In this document: positions 24,729 to 38,336 of the stretch, piece after piece
How the letters are laid out: every line of letters starts with the position of its first letter
Position numbering within the stretch: position 1 is the stretch's first letter
Assembly (NCBI RefSeq): GCF_902713615.1
Contig: NC_052153.1
Location: 80,108,608 to 80,172,607 of the forward strand
Source of the DNA: Scyliorhinus canicula
Taxonomy: Eukaryota
DNA: 64,000 nucleotides
Direction of reading: 5' to 3'
Position numbers and translations under genes: made by a program
Notes under the pieces: generated by a model
The model's input: only the letters and a program-made list of their open reading frames with translations
What the model was told of the DNA's origin: nothing
Database searches by the model: none

Positions 24729-27409
24729 TTTTAAAAAATGTTTTTTATTGAGTTTTCATATTTTATATCCAACAAATTACAAATTATTAGAAAAAAAAAG
24801 ACGCAAAAAATTAACATGTACATTTACAGGTAAGCATCTTCATAATAACAACTGTGGCCGCCCCCTTTAGCCGGCATACATATTTTACATTCCCCAATAT
24901 GGCCGAGGCACATGTTTATAGGCATTTATTTACAGTTTGGTTTTGGGCCTTAGCTAGCCATCAAACCCCCATAACGAACCCGTAGCCCTCCCCCCCCCCC
25001 GCCCTGCTACCTTCCCCCGATTCCCGTCCATTTTCCCCTGATTCTTGGCCACCCGACTATTCTTCCTCTTTTTCTTTGGCCACAAACAGGTCCCGGAACA
25101 ATTGCATGAATGGCTCCCACGTTCTGTGGAAGCCGTCGTCTGACCCTCGGATGGCGAATTTGATTTTCTCCATTTGGAGAGATTCCGAGAGGTCGGACAG
25201 CCAGTCTGCAGCTTTGGGCGGTGCTGCTGACCGCCAGCCAAACAGGATTCTACGGCGGGCGATCAGGGAGGCAAAGGCAAGGGCGTCCGCCCTCCTCCCC
25301 AGGAATAGATCTGGCTGGTCTGAAACCTCGAAGACCTCCACCCTCACCCCCACCACTTTGGACATAGCCTTGAAGAAGGCTGTCCAGTACTCCACAAGTC
25401 TGGGGCAAGACCAGAACATGTGGGCGTGGTTGGCCGGGCCTCTTTGGCACCGTTCACATCTGTCCTCCACCTCCGGGAAGAACCTACTCATACGGTTTCC
25501 TGTTAAGTGGGCTCTAGTTGCGTCAGGCTGAGCCTTGCGCACGTGGAGTTGACCCTATGCAGTGCTTCGCTCCAGAGTCCCCACCCTATCTCAATCCCCA
25601 GGTCGTCCTCCCATTTCATTCTTGTTGCGTCCAGTACGGTGTTGTCCCTTTCTGCCAGTCAGTCATACATGTCGCTACAGTTCCCTTTCTCTAGGATACT
25701 TGCGTCCAGTAGGTCTTCCAGTAGTGTCTGTCGTGGCGGCTGTGGGTACGTCCTTGTCTCCTTTCGTAGGAAGTTTTTGAGCTGCAGGTACCGTAGCTCG
25801 TTCCCCCCGGCTAGCCGAAATTTCTCTGTCAGTTCGTCCAGTGTTGCGATCCTGTCGTCCGTGTATAGGTCCCTGACTGTCAGTGTCCCCCCGTCCTGCC
25901 TCCACCTTTTGAAGGTGGCGTCAGTCAGTGCTGGTTTGAACCTATGGTTGTTACAGATGGGAGCCTTGTCCAACATTTTGGTCAGGCCAAGTTGCTGCCG
26001 CAGTTGGTTCCAGGATTGGAGGGTGGCTGTCACCACTGGGCTGCTGGAGTGTTTTTTGGGTGGGGATGGGAATGCTGCCGTGGCGAGGGCCCGGAGGGAG
26101 GTCCCCATGCAGGAGGCCTCCTCCGCACGCACCCACTCAGCTTCTGGCTCCTGGATCCATCCCCTTACTCGCTCGGCTGTTGCCGCCCAGTAGTAGAATT
26201 CGGGAGGGCTAGCCCCGCCCTGGATTTTGTTTTTTGGAGGACCTTTTTTGGGATCCTAGCATTTTTACCCCCCCCCCATACGAACGCCATGATAAGTTTG
26301 TCCAGCACTTTGAAAAAGGCCTTGGGGATACCGGAATGGATCTAAACAGGAAGAGGAACCTGGGCAGTACGTTCATTTTGATCGTCTGGACTCTCTCCGC
26401 GAGGGAGAGCGGGAGTGTGTTCCATCTTTGCAGGTCCTTTTTTACTTCCTCCGTCAGGCTGGTGAGGTTCCATTTGTGGATCCCTTTCCAGTCATGGGCT
26501 ATTTGGATCCCCCAGGTAGCGGAATTTGTGTCGGGCTTGTTTGAACGGCGGCCCCTTTAGTGCTGCCCCCCCCGCGGGTGTACTGGGAAGATCTCGCTTT
26601 TGCTCATGTTGAGTTTGTAGCCCAAGAAGGCTCCAAACTCTTTCAGGAGTGCGATGATTCCGTCCATGCTGCTTTGTGGGTCCGAGATGTAGAGGAGCAG
26701 ATCATCTGCATAGAGTGAGACTCTGTGCTCTCTGCCTCCCCTTCGGATCCCCCTCCAATTTTTTGCTGCCCTGAGCGCGATTGCTAGCGGTTTGATTGCT
26801 AGTGCGAACAGCAGCGGGGACAGTGGGCATCCTTGTCTGGTGTCCCTGTGCAGCTGGAAGTATTGGGAGTTGGTATTGTTGGTCCGTACACTCGCCATGG
26901 GAGCGTTGAATAGGAGCTTTACCCAAGTGGTGAACCCTGTTCCAAGCCCGAACCGCTCCAGTACCTCTATGAGGTATTTCCATTCGACTCTGTCGAAGGC
27001 CTTTTCTGCGTCCAGGGAGACAATCACCTCTTGTGTTCTCTCCCCGGAGGGGGTCATTATCACGTTGAGCAGGCGCCTGATGTTCTAGGTAAGCTGTCTA
27101 CCTTTGACGAAGCCCGTCTGGTCCTCTGTGACCGCCTCAGGTACACAGTCTTCTAGCCTTTTGGCTAGGATTTTGGCCAGTATTTTGGCGTCTGCGTTCA
27201 GCAGAGATATGGGTCTGTATGACCCACATTCCGTTGGGTCTTTGTCTTTCTTAGGTATCAGCGAGATTGAGGCCTGTGCTAACGTGGGTGGCAGTGTGCC
27301 CCTAGCTAGCGAGTCTGTGAACATCTCCTGCAGGTGCAGGGCCAGCGCTGTCGCAAATTTTTTGTAGAAGTCCGCCGGGAATCCGTCCGGTCCCGGCGCC
27401 TTCCCCGTC
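24729..27409 (-). mobile_element. 5'-truncated L1-clade LINE (ORF2 RT to 3' end, frameshifted)
   Basis: GKAPGPDGFPADFYK, SYRPISLLNADAKIL, SLDAEKAFDRVEW, TRQGCPLSPLLF, LYADD and CCHC-like RCERC...HMFWSC. Perfect 16-bp TSD ACGCTGATATTTTCTT at 24713-24728 and 27410-27425. Confidence 0.95.
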
Positions 27410-27460
27410 ACGCTGATATTTTCTTGGTGGAATTGGTCAAACTACCTCCATTAGTTTTAT

Positions 27461-27607
27461 TAGTTTTTTGAAGAATAAAGGGATTAAGGGTTATGGTTTT
27501 CGGGCCAGAAAGTGGAGCTGAGTCTACAAAAGATCAGCCATTACCTCACTGAATGGCAGAGCAGGCTCGAAGGGCCAGATGGCCTACTCCTGCTCCTAGT
27601 TCTTATT
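27461..27607 (+). mobile_element. CR1 3'-end fragment
   Basis: Matches the reverse complement of 57192-57341. Confidence 0.8.
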
Positions 27608-28420
27608 TGTAATATACAATGAATTTGAACACTAGCAAGTCTAATCACTAGCCCAAGGGCGGTTCATGACTAATGGTTCGAGTGATCTAAAATGAAACAA
27701 TTTATTGACTATAAACACACATTGTTGCCAGGTCATAGCGGTGCTGTGAAAAATGGCAGGAATGCAGCAAAACCACAATTGTCATCCTAGCCCTGAAAAA
27801 AATAGAGCTAAGAAAATGAGCTTCCAACTGTTGTTGACATGAGATAATAGTGGAGCCACTCAAACACTAGGAAAATTATGTGGTGCAAACAGCTATAGCC
27901 ACAAGGGAATATGGTCTGGATTTACACCGCCCGGTAGTGGAGTTCCAGATATGGCAGAGAATCCAAAGTCATCAAAAAAATGGGATCTGGCCCCTGCTAG
28001 GGGCGGTATCAAGGTTCGTGCCCGAAGCCAGCAGGAGGATGCAAATATAAACAAAATGATCTATTTGCATCCTATTAACGGGCTGTGTGCCAGATTCTCC
28101 AAGCCTGTGTGAATCTCCAGTCCTCTGGGCAAGAATTGGTGCATCCGGATGCTCTGGTTTCCTCCCACAATCCAAAGATGTGTAGGTTAGGTGGATTGGA
28201 CATGCTAAATTGCCCTTAGTGTCCAAAAAGGTTAGGTGGGGTTATTGGGTTCCGGGGATAGGGTGGAAGGGAAGGCTTAAGTGAGTTGATGCAGACTCGA
28301 TGGGCCGAATGGCCCCCTTCTGCACTGTATGTTCTATGTAATCTATGTAAATGAGGAAGGAGGCATTGCTGAATTGGTTTTTGTGGAATTAGGTGGGTCT
28401 AGTGGATCAAGTGTCAGTAG

Positions 28421-29253
28421 TGTGACGATTGGAAGATTTTAGGACAATTGGCTTCTAAATATTGGGACAATTTAAGGGTCAAAAGCCTGAGGTTAGAATG
28501 AGTTTGTTTAAAAACGATTTGGCATTGCTTCTCGGAAACAGCAGGTTAAATTGGCAAGGAATGTATTGATCAATCTGGGCGAATGCATAGTGATTTGCCG
28601 AGAGATGTCCATGGGGAGTTAATTTGCTTTTGCAACCTGCAGAGATAATGCGTTTTCAGCTTGGGAAGATGAGGTCATTGCTGGGTGGAGCTCAGAAAGG
28701 CAGAGAGTATGGAGAAGCTTTGAGAGAGAGAGGAGCTGAGTTCTGATCGGCTTGATTCTCAGTCCACAATTCTTTCCAAATAGGATAGACTTAAAGAGTA
28801 ATGATATTTTAATGCAGAGCAGTCTTGTCTGAAGACAAAGGAGAAGCTGAAACAACCTAGCTGAAGCAGCTATTTGAAGATCTTGAGCCAAAGTCTGAAG
28901 GGGTTCCAAATGGAGCCAAATCTGTTTTATAAAGTTTTATGCCCAACTGATACTTTATGCCCAACTGATTTTAAACTGGATTAAGAGCTGTACGTTTATG
29001 TTCTTGTTGTATAATGGGATATTGAGCAGTAGTGTTAAAGTGTAAATGTAAGCTGTTCTTTTCGGGTATGAAGTTAAAAGTTGAATATTGTATTTATAAT
29101 AAAGTTTGGTTTTAGAAATACTAAAGCCTATTTCTTCATGCAATCACTCCTGGAGCAAATCATTATTTCTGCACAGTCTTACAATAAACAAAAATATTAG
29201 GGGTTCAGTCCAGTATCCTCGGCATTGCTGGGGTCCGCTCTGGGATTGTAATA
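28421..29253 (+). mobile_element. Solo LTR (Gypsy/ERV-like)
   Basis: Starts TGTGAC, internal AATAAA at ~29098, ends gggattgtaaTA (CA>TA); 4-bp TSD GTAG. Confidence 0.75.
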
Positions 29254-29476
29254 GTAGGGAAACATTTTAATGAGCATAGTTTGAGGGGGGAGGATTTAAG
29301 TGCAGGAGGATTTGTCCCAAGTAAGTCGGAATCAGAGATTGGCAGGCAAAACTGGATTGGGACAATTGGCTTCCTTTAAGTCGGAGATATTTGGAGTGCA
29401 ATCGAGATACATTCCCAAGAGGGTAAAAGGTAGAGCAACAATGCCAAAGCTTCCTGGACGACAAGAGAAATAGAAG

Positions 29477-30013
29477 GCGCGATCTGCCGGCCACATTGCG
29501 CCCTAATGGGTGCGCGACATGGCTGGTAGATCCCGGGTGAAGCCTTCCCCGTAGGCTTCCCGACAACCATGACAGCTCACGGGATCTACTGAGTCCGGGT
29601 AGGGAGGGGAGGGGGTGGGAAGGGTTAATGCAGGGTGGCCTCCTGGCCCTCCCCCTGGAATGTAGGCACCCTAGCACTGCCACCCTGGCACTGCCAGGGA
29701 CCCCATAGTGGGGTGTCCTCACTTGGGGGTTGTGGGGTAATGCCATCTGTGTGGGGGGGTGTGGGGAACCCACAAGCTCATTTAGAGACCGGGGCAACCT
29801 ATCAAAATGGTGGCCCAATCTCAGAGCTCAGCTCCCCAGTAATAGAAAAAATTCTAAGTGTGGGCTAAACTGGTGAGAAATTCCCCAGCGTCCAAAAAAG
29901 TGACTAAGTGTCATTAGATAGCAGTGGGGTACACGCCAGCAGAGCTGGCGGGAAACTCCTAGTAAAACCCGCCAAAAATGACACTTTGAAACTTTTCCAT
30001 TAAATCATGCCCA
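29477..30013. mobile_element. Older MITE-like element (related copy at ~17536-19240 broken by four SINEs)
   Basis: ggcgcgatct...aaatcatgccc termini; ggcactgcc-rich interior. Confidence 0.5.
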
Positions 30014-30019
30014 GAGAAT

Positions 30020-30706
30020 AAGATGAAGCAGATAAGGGGCAGAGGTCAGGTAGATGGTACAAGTGAAATATAGGCTGAAAATGAACAGTTTAGAAGGGAA
30101 GTGAAAAATAGAAATTTGATAGGCAAACAGATAGTATGAGAAGAGGTTGGAAGCCAAGATGAAAAGAAATCTAAAAGTCTTCTACAGGCATTTGAATATT
30201 AAAAAGGTAAAAAGAGGGATGGACTTATTCGGGACTAAAAGGGATGTATACATGGAGGCAGAGGATAATGTGCTGAAGTGAGTGCATTGTATTTGCCTTT
30301 ATCAAGGAAGAAAATACTGCCAAAGACAGAGTGAAAAAACTGTTAAGGTACTGGATGGGCTAACATTGATAAAAAGGAGCTATCAGAAAGGCAGTTTCTA
30401 CTTAAAAGTTGATAAGTCACTGGGATCAGATGGGATGTATCCAAGGAAGCTGAAGGAAGGAAGGGTGAAAATTGTGGTGGTACTGGCTAGCCATCATTTT
30501 CAATCCTCCTTAGATGCCAGAGGATTGAAGAATTGCAACTATCATACCCTGTTTAAAAAAGGATCCAAGGATAAACTACAGGCCGGTCAGTTTAACCTTG
30601 GTGTTGGGAAACCTTTCAGAAACAATAAACCGGTACAAAATTAATACTCACTCGGACAAGTATGGATTAACTAAGAAAAGGCAGCACTGATTTGTTAAAG
30701 GCAAAT
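30020..30706 (+). mobile_element. Old CR1 internal fragment
   Basis: LKVDKSLGSDGMYPRKLKE and LFKKGSKD remnants. Confidence 0.7.
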
Positions 30707-30914
30707 TGCTAAACACAATTAAAATGGCGACATGAACCAATTTTCTAGACTTCATTTCATAGGCAGTTTACAAATAATGAAAGTAGGTGTCATTTAAAAT
30801 TGCAACAGTATGTAAACAGTATAGTGAGAAATAAGCCATTTGTCAAGCATGGAGAATGAATTATAAATGTAATCTTTTCTAGACTAACTACTAATAAAAA
30901 AATATAACACTTAC

Positions 30915-31103
30915 TTCTCCCAAACTGTGCAATTGTTGGGCGACTTCCCTCAGGTCTTCTTCACTCACCAAGGGATTAATTTGGTCCTGAACATCACACA
31001 CAAACTGTTGCCATGACATAAATTGGTTGGGTCCATTTTGTTTTCTCCAGGAAGGCAGTGTCGAGATGATTTTCTCACCGAGGAATGTCATGGGTAGACA
31101 AGC
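30915..31103 (-). CDS. DAPK1: DAPK1 penultimate coding exon (COR), 189 bp, phase 0-0
   Basis: ACLPMTFLGEKIISTLPSWRKQNGPNQFMSWQQFVCDVQDQINPLVSEEDLREVAQQLHSLGE, versus human ...EKIISTLPSWRKLNGPNQLMSLQQFVYDVQDQLNPL. Acceptor cttttag, donor GAA|gtaagt. Confidence 0.97.
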
Positions 31104-33639
31104 CTAAAAGAGTTCAAGACATGTATGTTGCTCAGTTATTACCTTATAGGATAATAGAAAAATGCAAGCCGATTTTGAAAACTATATTGTAATAATAGTA
31201 TCAAGATTGTGACTTCTGGGAGCGGCATGGTGGTTAGCACTGATGCCTCAAGGTGCCAAGAACCTGGATTCGATCCTGGCCCTGGGTCACTGTCCATGTG
31301 GAGTTTGCACATTCTCCCCGTGTCTGCGTGGGTCTCATCCCCACAACCCAAAGATGTGCAGGGTAGGTGTGGCCATGCTAAATAGCTCCTTAATTGGAAA
31401 ATAAATCGGGTACTCTAAATTAAAAAAGATTGTGACTTTTGCATGGACAAGTAAACTAGATATTAACATCAAGTCTCCTAAAGTGCATTTTCCCAATTTC
31501 ACCCTCTTCTGAAGGTGAGAATTGACACTATTACACCACCCCATAGGCACTAGCAACATTCAGACACTCCCTGAAGATACCATTTCCTTCACAAGCCAGT
31601 GAATTCCTCTGGTTATTTTACAATGGGAGTATCACATTCTAATCGAATCTAATCCCATCCTCACATGATGTCAACTCATGTATTTCCTAACCAGAATCAA
31701 CAAACAGCAATCAGGAACTAGAAGTTGTTCTGAATTTCTCCTCTCCAGCCCGGATCCTTCCTGGTTTGTATGGCCCAGGATTGTATGTCATGGTGCACTT
31801 AAGACCGCAAACTACTTGGACAGAGTGATGAGGCAATTTGTTGAAAATGAACTGCAAAAGGAAGAAGGCCTCTTTTTTTCCCTCCCCGAGCTCTTCCCCC
31901 AATAAGATGTTGATACATTAGTTTTAAAGGCAGCTTTATTTTTGAAACTAAAATGCTTGTGGAACTATATGCCATACATAAAGTCCAAAAGCTTTTTTGA
32001 GCAGCCAAACAAATTAAAGTACCTTACAGTAAAGATCTCTAATTGTTGAATACACTAGCAGCAAGGTCTTGTGCATGAACAATTATTTAAGTGCTGCTGA
32101 ATGCAGCTTATAGCATAAACAAGACAAACGTGGTTCAAATTTCTAAAGTGCTTGCACTGGAAACAGTTCCATACTATAATCAGGGCGTGAGCATCCACAT
32201 CAGCTGCCAAGGCATCCCAAGGGGAGATAAAAGAAAATGAAAAGGTAAAAGGATGGAGATTAGAATGAGATAAATGGAAAAGAAGTGTGAAAAGAACAGA
32301 AAGCAACAGAAGGAAAAGAGAACACAAGGATAAACACACAGTATTATAAAATAAAATGTCAAGATATTAAAAATTCTACATAAAAGCAGCAACAACACAA
32401 AACTTTGTAAACTGTTTTTATTGTTTCAAATTGGTGCGCCTACAATTGCGTCCATACATGAAGAATAGAAAAAAACCTCACAGTAAGTGAATGCTGTAAA
32501 GGATAATTTATTAAGTAGCAGTAACAGAAGTCCAAAAATATATTCTTTGAACTCCACAAAATACTGTTGATTTTTAACGAGGGCACTCTGAGCAAATACA
32601 TTAAGATAAATGAACTAAAGTTGAAGGGTCAGTCGTAATCAAATAAAACAATGTCAGTGTTTAAACACAGCCTTTGGAACATGTTGATGTTGTACTTGAT
32701 TTATAGCCACGTTCCTCTAATTGCAAACAGAATACTAAAATGTCCAGAAATGTAGGTACTGAGATCAAGTGAAGTCTGGGGTCTTACACTCAGTTTGTTG
32801 TGACCACACCAATCTAAAGCAGTTTTTACATCAGCATCAATAGGACGTGCGAGACGCTGATTCTTGAAATTCAGATTAGGGATGTCAACAAAAATCTCAA
32901 CAGGAACTTGGCAGGGTCACCGATGACATGTTCAGGAAGACCCCTGTGCTGTCAGTGCACAGAATCCATTGAATGTCAATCTGCTACAGCAATACTGTTT
33001 GTGTTTGCCTATCAGATGGAGAAGCTGTTTGGTCCAATGATATAAAGAGATTAGTCTGTGTGCAGGATAACTCGACATGTAATTGGATGTATCAAACAAT
33101 CTTTCCCTTCCATGTCCCTGTGTGGAGTTAGGACTTGTGCTATGAGAGTCTCTGGCGCTGTGAAGCAGCAGTGCTAACCACTGTTCCACCCTCTTGCATC
33201 TTGTTAACTGATAATTACAGTAGTGATGAGATTGTGGATGTAACTGCCAATGAATCACAGACACAGTTGCTGAAAATGTTTTTTTCTCTAAAATGCAGGT
33301 GGTGCGTTGGGTCACCTTTTTGGTGTTAGTGTCCACAGTTTATAACAGATGAATCGCATTGCCACCAACATCAGTATAAACGGTGGGCATTGTCCATTTG
33401 ATTGAATTATGCTTGTGAGAGGAATGCAAAGCATCATCCTGGTTTCTTGACATGACTACTGGAAGTGGTGAAGGTCAAGCATTTGAAACACTTTATTTGG
33501 TCTTGCGTTCTGGGGGTTAGTCAGACCTGAGGCTGGGGAAGAGGAGGGCTAATGTACTCCAACTATGTTGGCAAATCCTTTATTTTAACAGTCCTTTCAC
33601 CATTCCATCCAACTCACTTGTAGTAACATGTCCATATTG

Positions 33640-35155
33640 CAAGGAAATGTTGTTGTGTATTATGTCTACTGAGTCTACGGGTGGAAGTCAGAAACAAGAA
33701 AGGAGCAGTCACTTTATTGGGAGTTTTCTATAGACCCCCCCCAGTTGCAGCAGAGAGATGGAGGAATAGATTGGTCGACAGATCTTGGAAAGGTGCAGAA
33801 GTAACAGAGTTGTTATCATGGGTGACGTCAACTTCTCTAATATAGATAAGTCCCTGGGCCAGATGGGATATACCCAAAGTTACTATGGGAAGTGAGGGAG
33901 GAGATTGCTGCGCAGTTGCCAATGTTCTTTGCGTCCTCACTCTTCACTGGAGTAGTACCCGATGATTGGAGGGAGGCGAATGTTCAAGAAAGGGAATAGG
34001 GAAATCCCTGGGAATTATAGACCAGTCAGTCTTACGTCTGTGGTGAGCAAAATATTGGAAAGGATTCTGGAGATAGCATTTATAATTATTTAGAAAAACA
34101 TAGTTTGATTAAAGATAGTCAGCATGGCTTTGTGAGAGGCAGGTCATGCCTTACAAGCCTCATTGAATTCTTTCAGGATGTGACGAGACACATTGATGAA
34201 GGTCGGGCAGTTGATGTAGTGTATATAGATTTTAGTAAGGCATTTGAAAAGGTGCCCCATGGTAGGCTCATTCAGAAAGTTAGGGGGCATGGGAAATTTG
34301 GCTGTCTAGATACAGAATTGGCTGGCTGAAAGACGACAGCGAGTGGTAGTGGATGGAAAGTATTCTGCCTGGAGGTCAGTGACCAGTGGTGTCCCGCAGA
34401 GATCTGTTTTTTTTTAAAACATAGAATTTACAGTGCAGAAGGAGGCCATTCGGCCCATCGAGTCTGCACCGGCTCCTGGAAAGAGCACCCTACCCAAGGT
34501 TAACACCTCCACCCTATCCCCATAACCCAGTAACCCCACCCAACACTAAGGGCAATTTTGGACACTAAGAGCAATTTATCATGGCCAATCCACCTAACCT
34601 GCACATCTTTGGACTGTGGGAGGAAACCAGAGCACCCGGAGGAAACCCACGCACACACGGGGAGGATGTGCAGACTCCGCACAGACAGTGACCCAAGCCG
34701 GAATCGAACCTGGGACCCTGGAGCTGTGAAGCGATTGTGCTATCCACAATGCTACCGTGCTGTTCTGGGACCTCTACTCTTTGTGGTTTCTATAAATGAC
34801 TTGGATGAGGAAGTGGAAGGGTGGGTTAGTAAGTTTGCCAATGCTACAAAGGTTGGCGGAGTTGTTGATTGTGTCGAGGGTTGTTGCAGGTTACAACAGG
34901 ACATTGACAGGATGCAGAGCTGGGCTGAGAAGTGCCAGATGGAGTTCAACCGAGATAAATGTGAAGTGATTCATTTTTGAAAGTCGAATTAGAATGCTGA
35001 AGACAGGGGACGGGATTCTCCGACCCCGCCAGGTCGGAGAATCGCCGGGGACAGCGTGAATCCTGCCCCGCCGCCGGCGACCGAATTCTCCGGCGGCAGT
35101 TTTTTGGTGGGAGCAGGGATCACGTTGCACCGGTCGGGGCTGTTGGCAGTGGCCG

Positions 35156-35187
<32 letters not shown>

Positions 35188-36575
35188 CGATTCTCTGGGC
35201 CCCAATGGGCCGCCCTTTTTTCGGCCGGTCCCGCCGGCGGGAAATACACAAGGTCCATACCGGCGGGACCCGGCTCTGAGGGCGGCCTGCAGAGTCCTCG
35301 GGGAGAGGGGGGGGGGGGATCCAGCCACAGGGGGGCCCCACACGGTGCCCTGGCCCGCGATCAGGGCCTACCAATCTGTGGGCAGGCCTGTGCCGTGGGG
35401 GCACTTTTTTCCCTCCGCGCCAGCCTTTGTAAAGCTCCGCCATGGCCGACGCAGAGAAGAAACCCCCTTGCGCAGGGATCACGCCACCGGTTCTTTTTTA
35501 AAAAAATTTAGATTAGCCAATTATTTTTTCCAATTAAGGGGCAATTTAGTGTGGCCAATCCACCTACTCTGCACATTTTTGGGTTGTGGGGGCGAAACCC
35601 ACGCAGATACGGGGAGAACGTGCAAACTCCACACGTACAGTGACCCAGAGCCGGGATCGAACCTGGGACCTCAGCGCCGTGAGACGGTTGTGCTAACCAC
35701 TAGGCCACCGTGCTGCCCTCCGCCAGCGGTTCTGTGCATGCGCCAGAACACCCTGGCGCTCCCGCGCATGCGCCAACTCGCGACGTCCGGTGGAGGCCCT
35801 TCAGCATCGGTTGGCATGGCGCCAACCACTCCAGCGCCAGCCTAGCTGGAGTGGTTCGCGCCGGAGTGGTTCACGGCATTCTTTGGCGCCGGTACGGCCC
35901 GCCCGCCGGTTGGGGAGAATGCCAGTCAGGATTCTTGGAAGGGTGGAGGAACAGAGGGATCTTGGGGTCCATGTACATAGATCCGTCAAAGTTGTCACCC
36001 AGGTTGATAGGCTTGTTAAGAAGGCGTATGGTATGTTGGCTTTCAATAGGGCGGATTAAGATTAAGAGCCACAAGGTTTTGCTGCAGCTTTATAAAACCC
36101 TGGTTAGAACACACTTGGAATATTGTGTCCAGTTCTGGTCGCCTCATTATAGGAAGGATGTGGATACTTTGGAGAGGGTACAGAGGAGATTTACCAGGAT
36201 GTTGCCTGGATTGGAGGGCATGTCTTAGAAGACAGGTTGAGGGAGCTAGGGCACAAGATAATGAGAGGCATGGATAGACAGAACTTTCCCCAGGGCGGAA
36301 ATGGCTGTTTCGAGGGGACATAATTTTAAGGTGATTGGAGGAAGGTATGGGGAAGATGTCAGAGGTAGGTTATTTACGCAGAGAATGGTGGGTGTGTGGA
36401 ATGAACTGCCAGTGGAGGTGGTGGAGTCAGAGTCATTAGGGACATTTAAGCGACTCTTGGACAGGCACATGGACAGCAGTAAATTGAAGGGGTATGGGTT
36501 AGGCTGATCTTAGATTAGGATAAATGGTCGGCACAACATCGTTGGCTGAAGGGCCTGTACTGTGCTGTAATGTTC
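33640..36575 (+). mobile_element. HER1-like CR1 LINE with internal deletions, interrupted by a V-SINE (34418-34762) and a MITE (35008-35927)
   Basis: Endonuclease remnant LLGVFYRPP; SQHGFVRGRSCLT, DFSKAF, KFANATK, LEYCVQFWSP; tail gggcctgtactgtgctgtaatgttct. Confidence 0.92.
35008..35927. mobile_element. Harbinger-like MITE containing a V-SINE at 35493-35718
   Basis: ggacgggattctcc...ggagaatgccagtc; AGG on both flanks; subterminal hairpins. Confidence 0.7.
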
Positions 36576-38215
36576 TTTTTTCCACACACTGTATTGAAGA
36601 AAAGCAAATAGAATAGCTTTGTGGAAAGGACGAAAGCCCCTACACATCAAACCATGACTGATCTTCCACCTTAGCTACACTTTCCCACACCATCCCCATA
36701 TCCTCGATTTCATTGGTACTCAAAAGATGTAATGAACTCTGTCTTGAATATGTTTAAAGACTAAGCATTCAGTTCTCCGGAGTAGAGAATTCCAAAGGTT
36801 CACAACTCTTTGAAGAAGTCTCCTCATCTCAGTCCTAAACGATCAACTCCTTATTCTGACTCTGTGAACTGATAGTTCCAAGCTCCTCAGCCAGAGGAAA
36901 CATCCTCTTAGCAAACATCTTGCCAAGTCTCTCAAAATAATTTTTTTTTCTTTTAATGAGATCACTTCTCAGTCTTCGATACGCTAGGGAATATAGGCTC
37001 AATCTACTTGAACTCTACACATTGGACAATTCCTTAATTCCAGGAATCAGTCCAATTAATCTTCCTTGCACTGCCTTGAAGGCAAGTGCATCTTTCCTTC
37101 AGCTTTACAAGAGGAAAGGAAAGAAAGTGCATTCAAAACACAGCATCTGGGTAGCACGATGGCGCAGCGGTTAGCACAGCTGCCTCGTGGCGCCGAGGTC
37201 CCAGGTTCGATCCCGGCCCTGGGTCACTGTCCATGTGGAGTTTGTACATTCTCCCAGTGTTAGCGTGGGTTTCACAGGTGGATTGCCACGCTAAATTGCC
37301 CCTTAATTGGAAAAAAAATAATTGGGTACTTTAAATTAACAAAAAACCCACAGCATCCAAGGATAAAATGGTGCACAAGTTTACAAAAATGTTTTCAATC
37401 ATTTTCTGAGACCAAAAAATCCCCCAAATCAGGAAGACTTACAAGAACTTTACCCCAGGATACTTTAATACTACTCCTCTTCCAATCCATTTAATTAAAC
37501 AGTCATGATGGCATAGGAGGCTATTTGGCCCACTGAGTCTATGCCAGCTCCCTATATAGGACAACCCAGTCAGGTCCACTCTCCAACTTTAAGTTTAAAA
37601 AGTTTTTAAATTTTTAAAAAACAAATTCATTTTTTTTACAATTAAGGGCCAATTTAACGTGGCCAATCCACCTACCCGGCACGCATACACGGGGAGAATA
37701 TGCAAACTCCACACGGACAGTGACCAAGAGCCGGGATCGAACCTGGGACCTAGGTGCTGTGAGGCAGCAGTGCTAACCACCGCACCACTGAGCTGCCCAG
37801 TCAAATATAATCTGTTTACAAATCAGCACTGCCTATTTTGAATTAATTCAAGTCTTTCATAGAGTGAGTGTTAATTCTTTCACCGGTTATGGTTTCTGAA
37901 AACCTTACTGGCCACTGATGTTAAAGATAAAGATCCTTTGTTGTCACAAGTAGGCTTACATTAACACTGCAATGAAGTTACTGTGAAAAGCCTCTTGTTG
38001 CCATATTCCGGTGCCTATTCGGGTACACAGAGGGAGAATTCAGAATTCTCAGCTGGTACGGGAACCCGCGCTGCTAGCCTTGTTCTGCATCACACACCAG
38101 CTGTTTAGCCCACTGAGCTAAACCAGCCCCTGACCAACCTATAGTTATTAGAAACCTCCTTGTCCCCTTTCTTGAAAATATGCCATTCATACAGTACAGA
38201 GTACAGTTTACTTAC

Positions 38216-38336
38216 AGAAAGAATACAATTCCTTAATTCTAGCAGGTGATTTCGTAGCAGCTTCATGTCCTTCGATCCAGATGCACCAGCATCCAGCACA
38301 AATAATCTATCAGATATCTGCATATCGTTTCCAAAC
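38216..38336 (-). CDS. DAPK1: DAPK1 coding exon (end of ROC), 121 bp, phase 2-0
   Basis: (R)FGNDMQISDRLFVLDAGASGSKDMKLLRNHLLELRNCILS, versus human RFGNDLHISNKLFVLDAGASGSKDMKVLRNHL. Acceptor ttcttag, donor TCT|gtaagt. Confidence 0.97.

Noticed and set aside
28524-28535. attgcttctcgg resembling the U2 5' end
   Set aside because: A 12-nt match inside an LTR with no continuation; chance.
35157-35186. Long poly-C/G tracts (also ~69-96, 4629-4654, 22016-22034, 39866-39892)
   Set aside because: They lie within TEs, and homopolymer lengths are assembly-sensitive; no independent function is supportable.
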